A DNA stretch of 64,000 nt. It comes from Octopus sinensis (Eukaryota). Position numbers and translations under genes: made by a program. Within the stretch, counting starts at the first letter, position 1. Each line of letters begins with the position of its first letter. Positions 63,984 through 64,000 of this stretch are shown in pieces. The stretch spans positions 20,150,001-20,214,000 of the forward strand of contig NC_043004.1 of assembly GCF_006345805.1 (NCBI RefSeq), given 5' to 3'. The notes under the pieces are model-generated. The model made no database searches, was not told the origin of the DNA, and worked only from the letters and a program-made list of their open reading frames with translations.

Positions 63984-64000
63984 TAATAATAATAATAATA
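63420..64000 (+). mobile_element. R4/Dong-type non-LTR 3' fragment with (TAA)n tail
   Basis: ENEKADIL*DMPIHTE..NKPNIVVRD, KYKDLEIEV, TETIPIIVGPLG, IQKISVLGTAHIL; ends in (AAT/AAC)n from ~63900. Confidence 0.8.

Overview
AT-rich, microsatellite-saturated eukaryotic DNA. The SINE and LINE content resembles octopod cephalopod (Octopus-like) genomes; this is inferred from recalled repeat sequences, not a search. I found no confidently supported host-gene exon, tRNA, rRNA or CRISPR array, and most ORFs in the track are translations of (TA)n, (CA)n, (TATC)n or (TAA)n repeats. The window is almost entirely mobile DNA. It holds a 6.4-kb RTE-clade LINE (34712-41076, minus) with tandem arrays at both ends, inserted in a SINE head, and a 5'-truncated CR1/Jockey-group LINE with a long open RT frame (23510-24664). 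It also has a full-length decayed Tc1 element (54722-55914), mariner remnants, three non-autonomous Helitrons, several Penelope-like element (PLE) RT and GIY-YIG remnants, R4/Dong-type endonuclease fragments, SINE clusters and several foldback/inverted-repeat elements. The most striking unexplained signal is a dense set of type I hammerhead-ribozyme motifs (about 6 long-helix-II and 8 minimal, plus degenerate ones). Some lie beside PLE remnants, two sit in the arms of an inverted repeat, and one subfamily shares a non-canonical CUGUNGA core. All calls are by eye; none was checked computationally.
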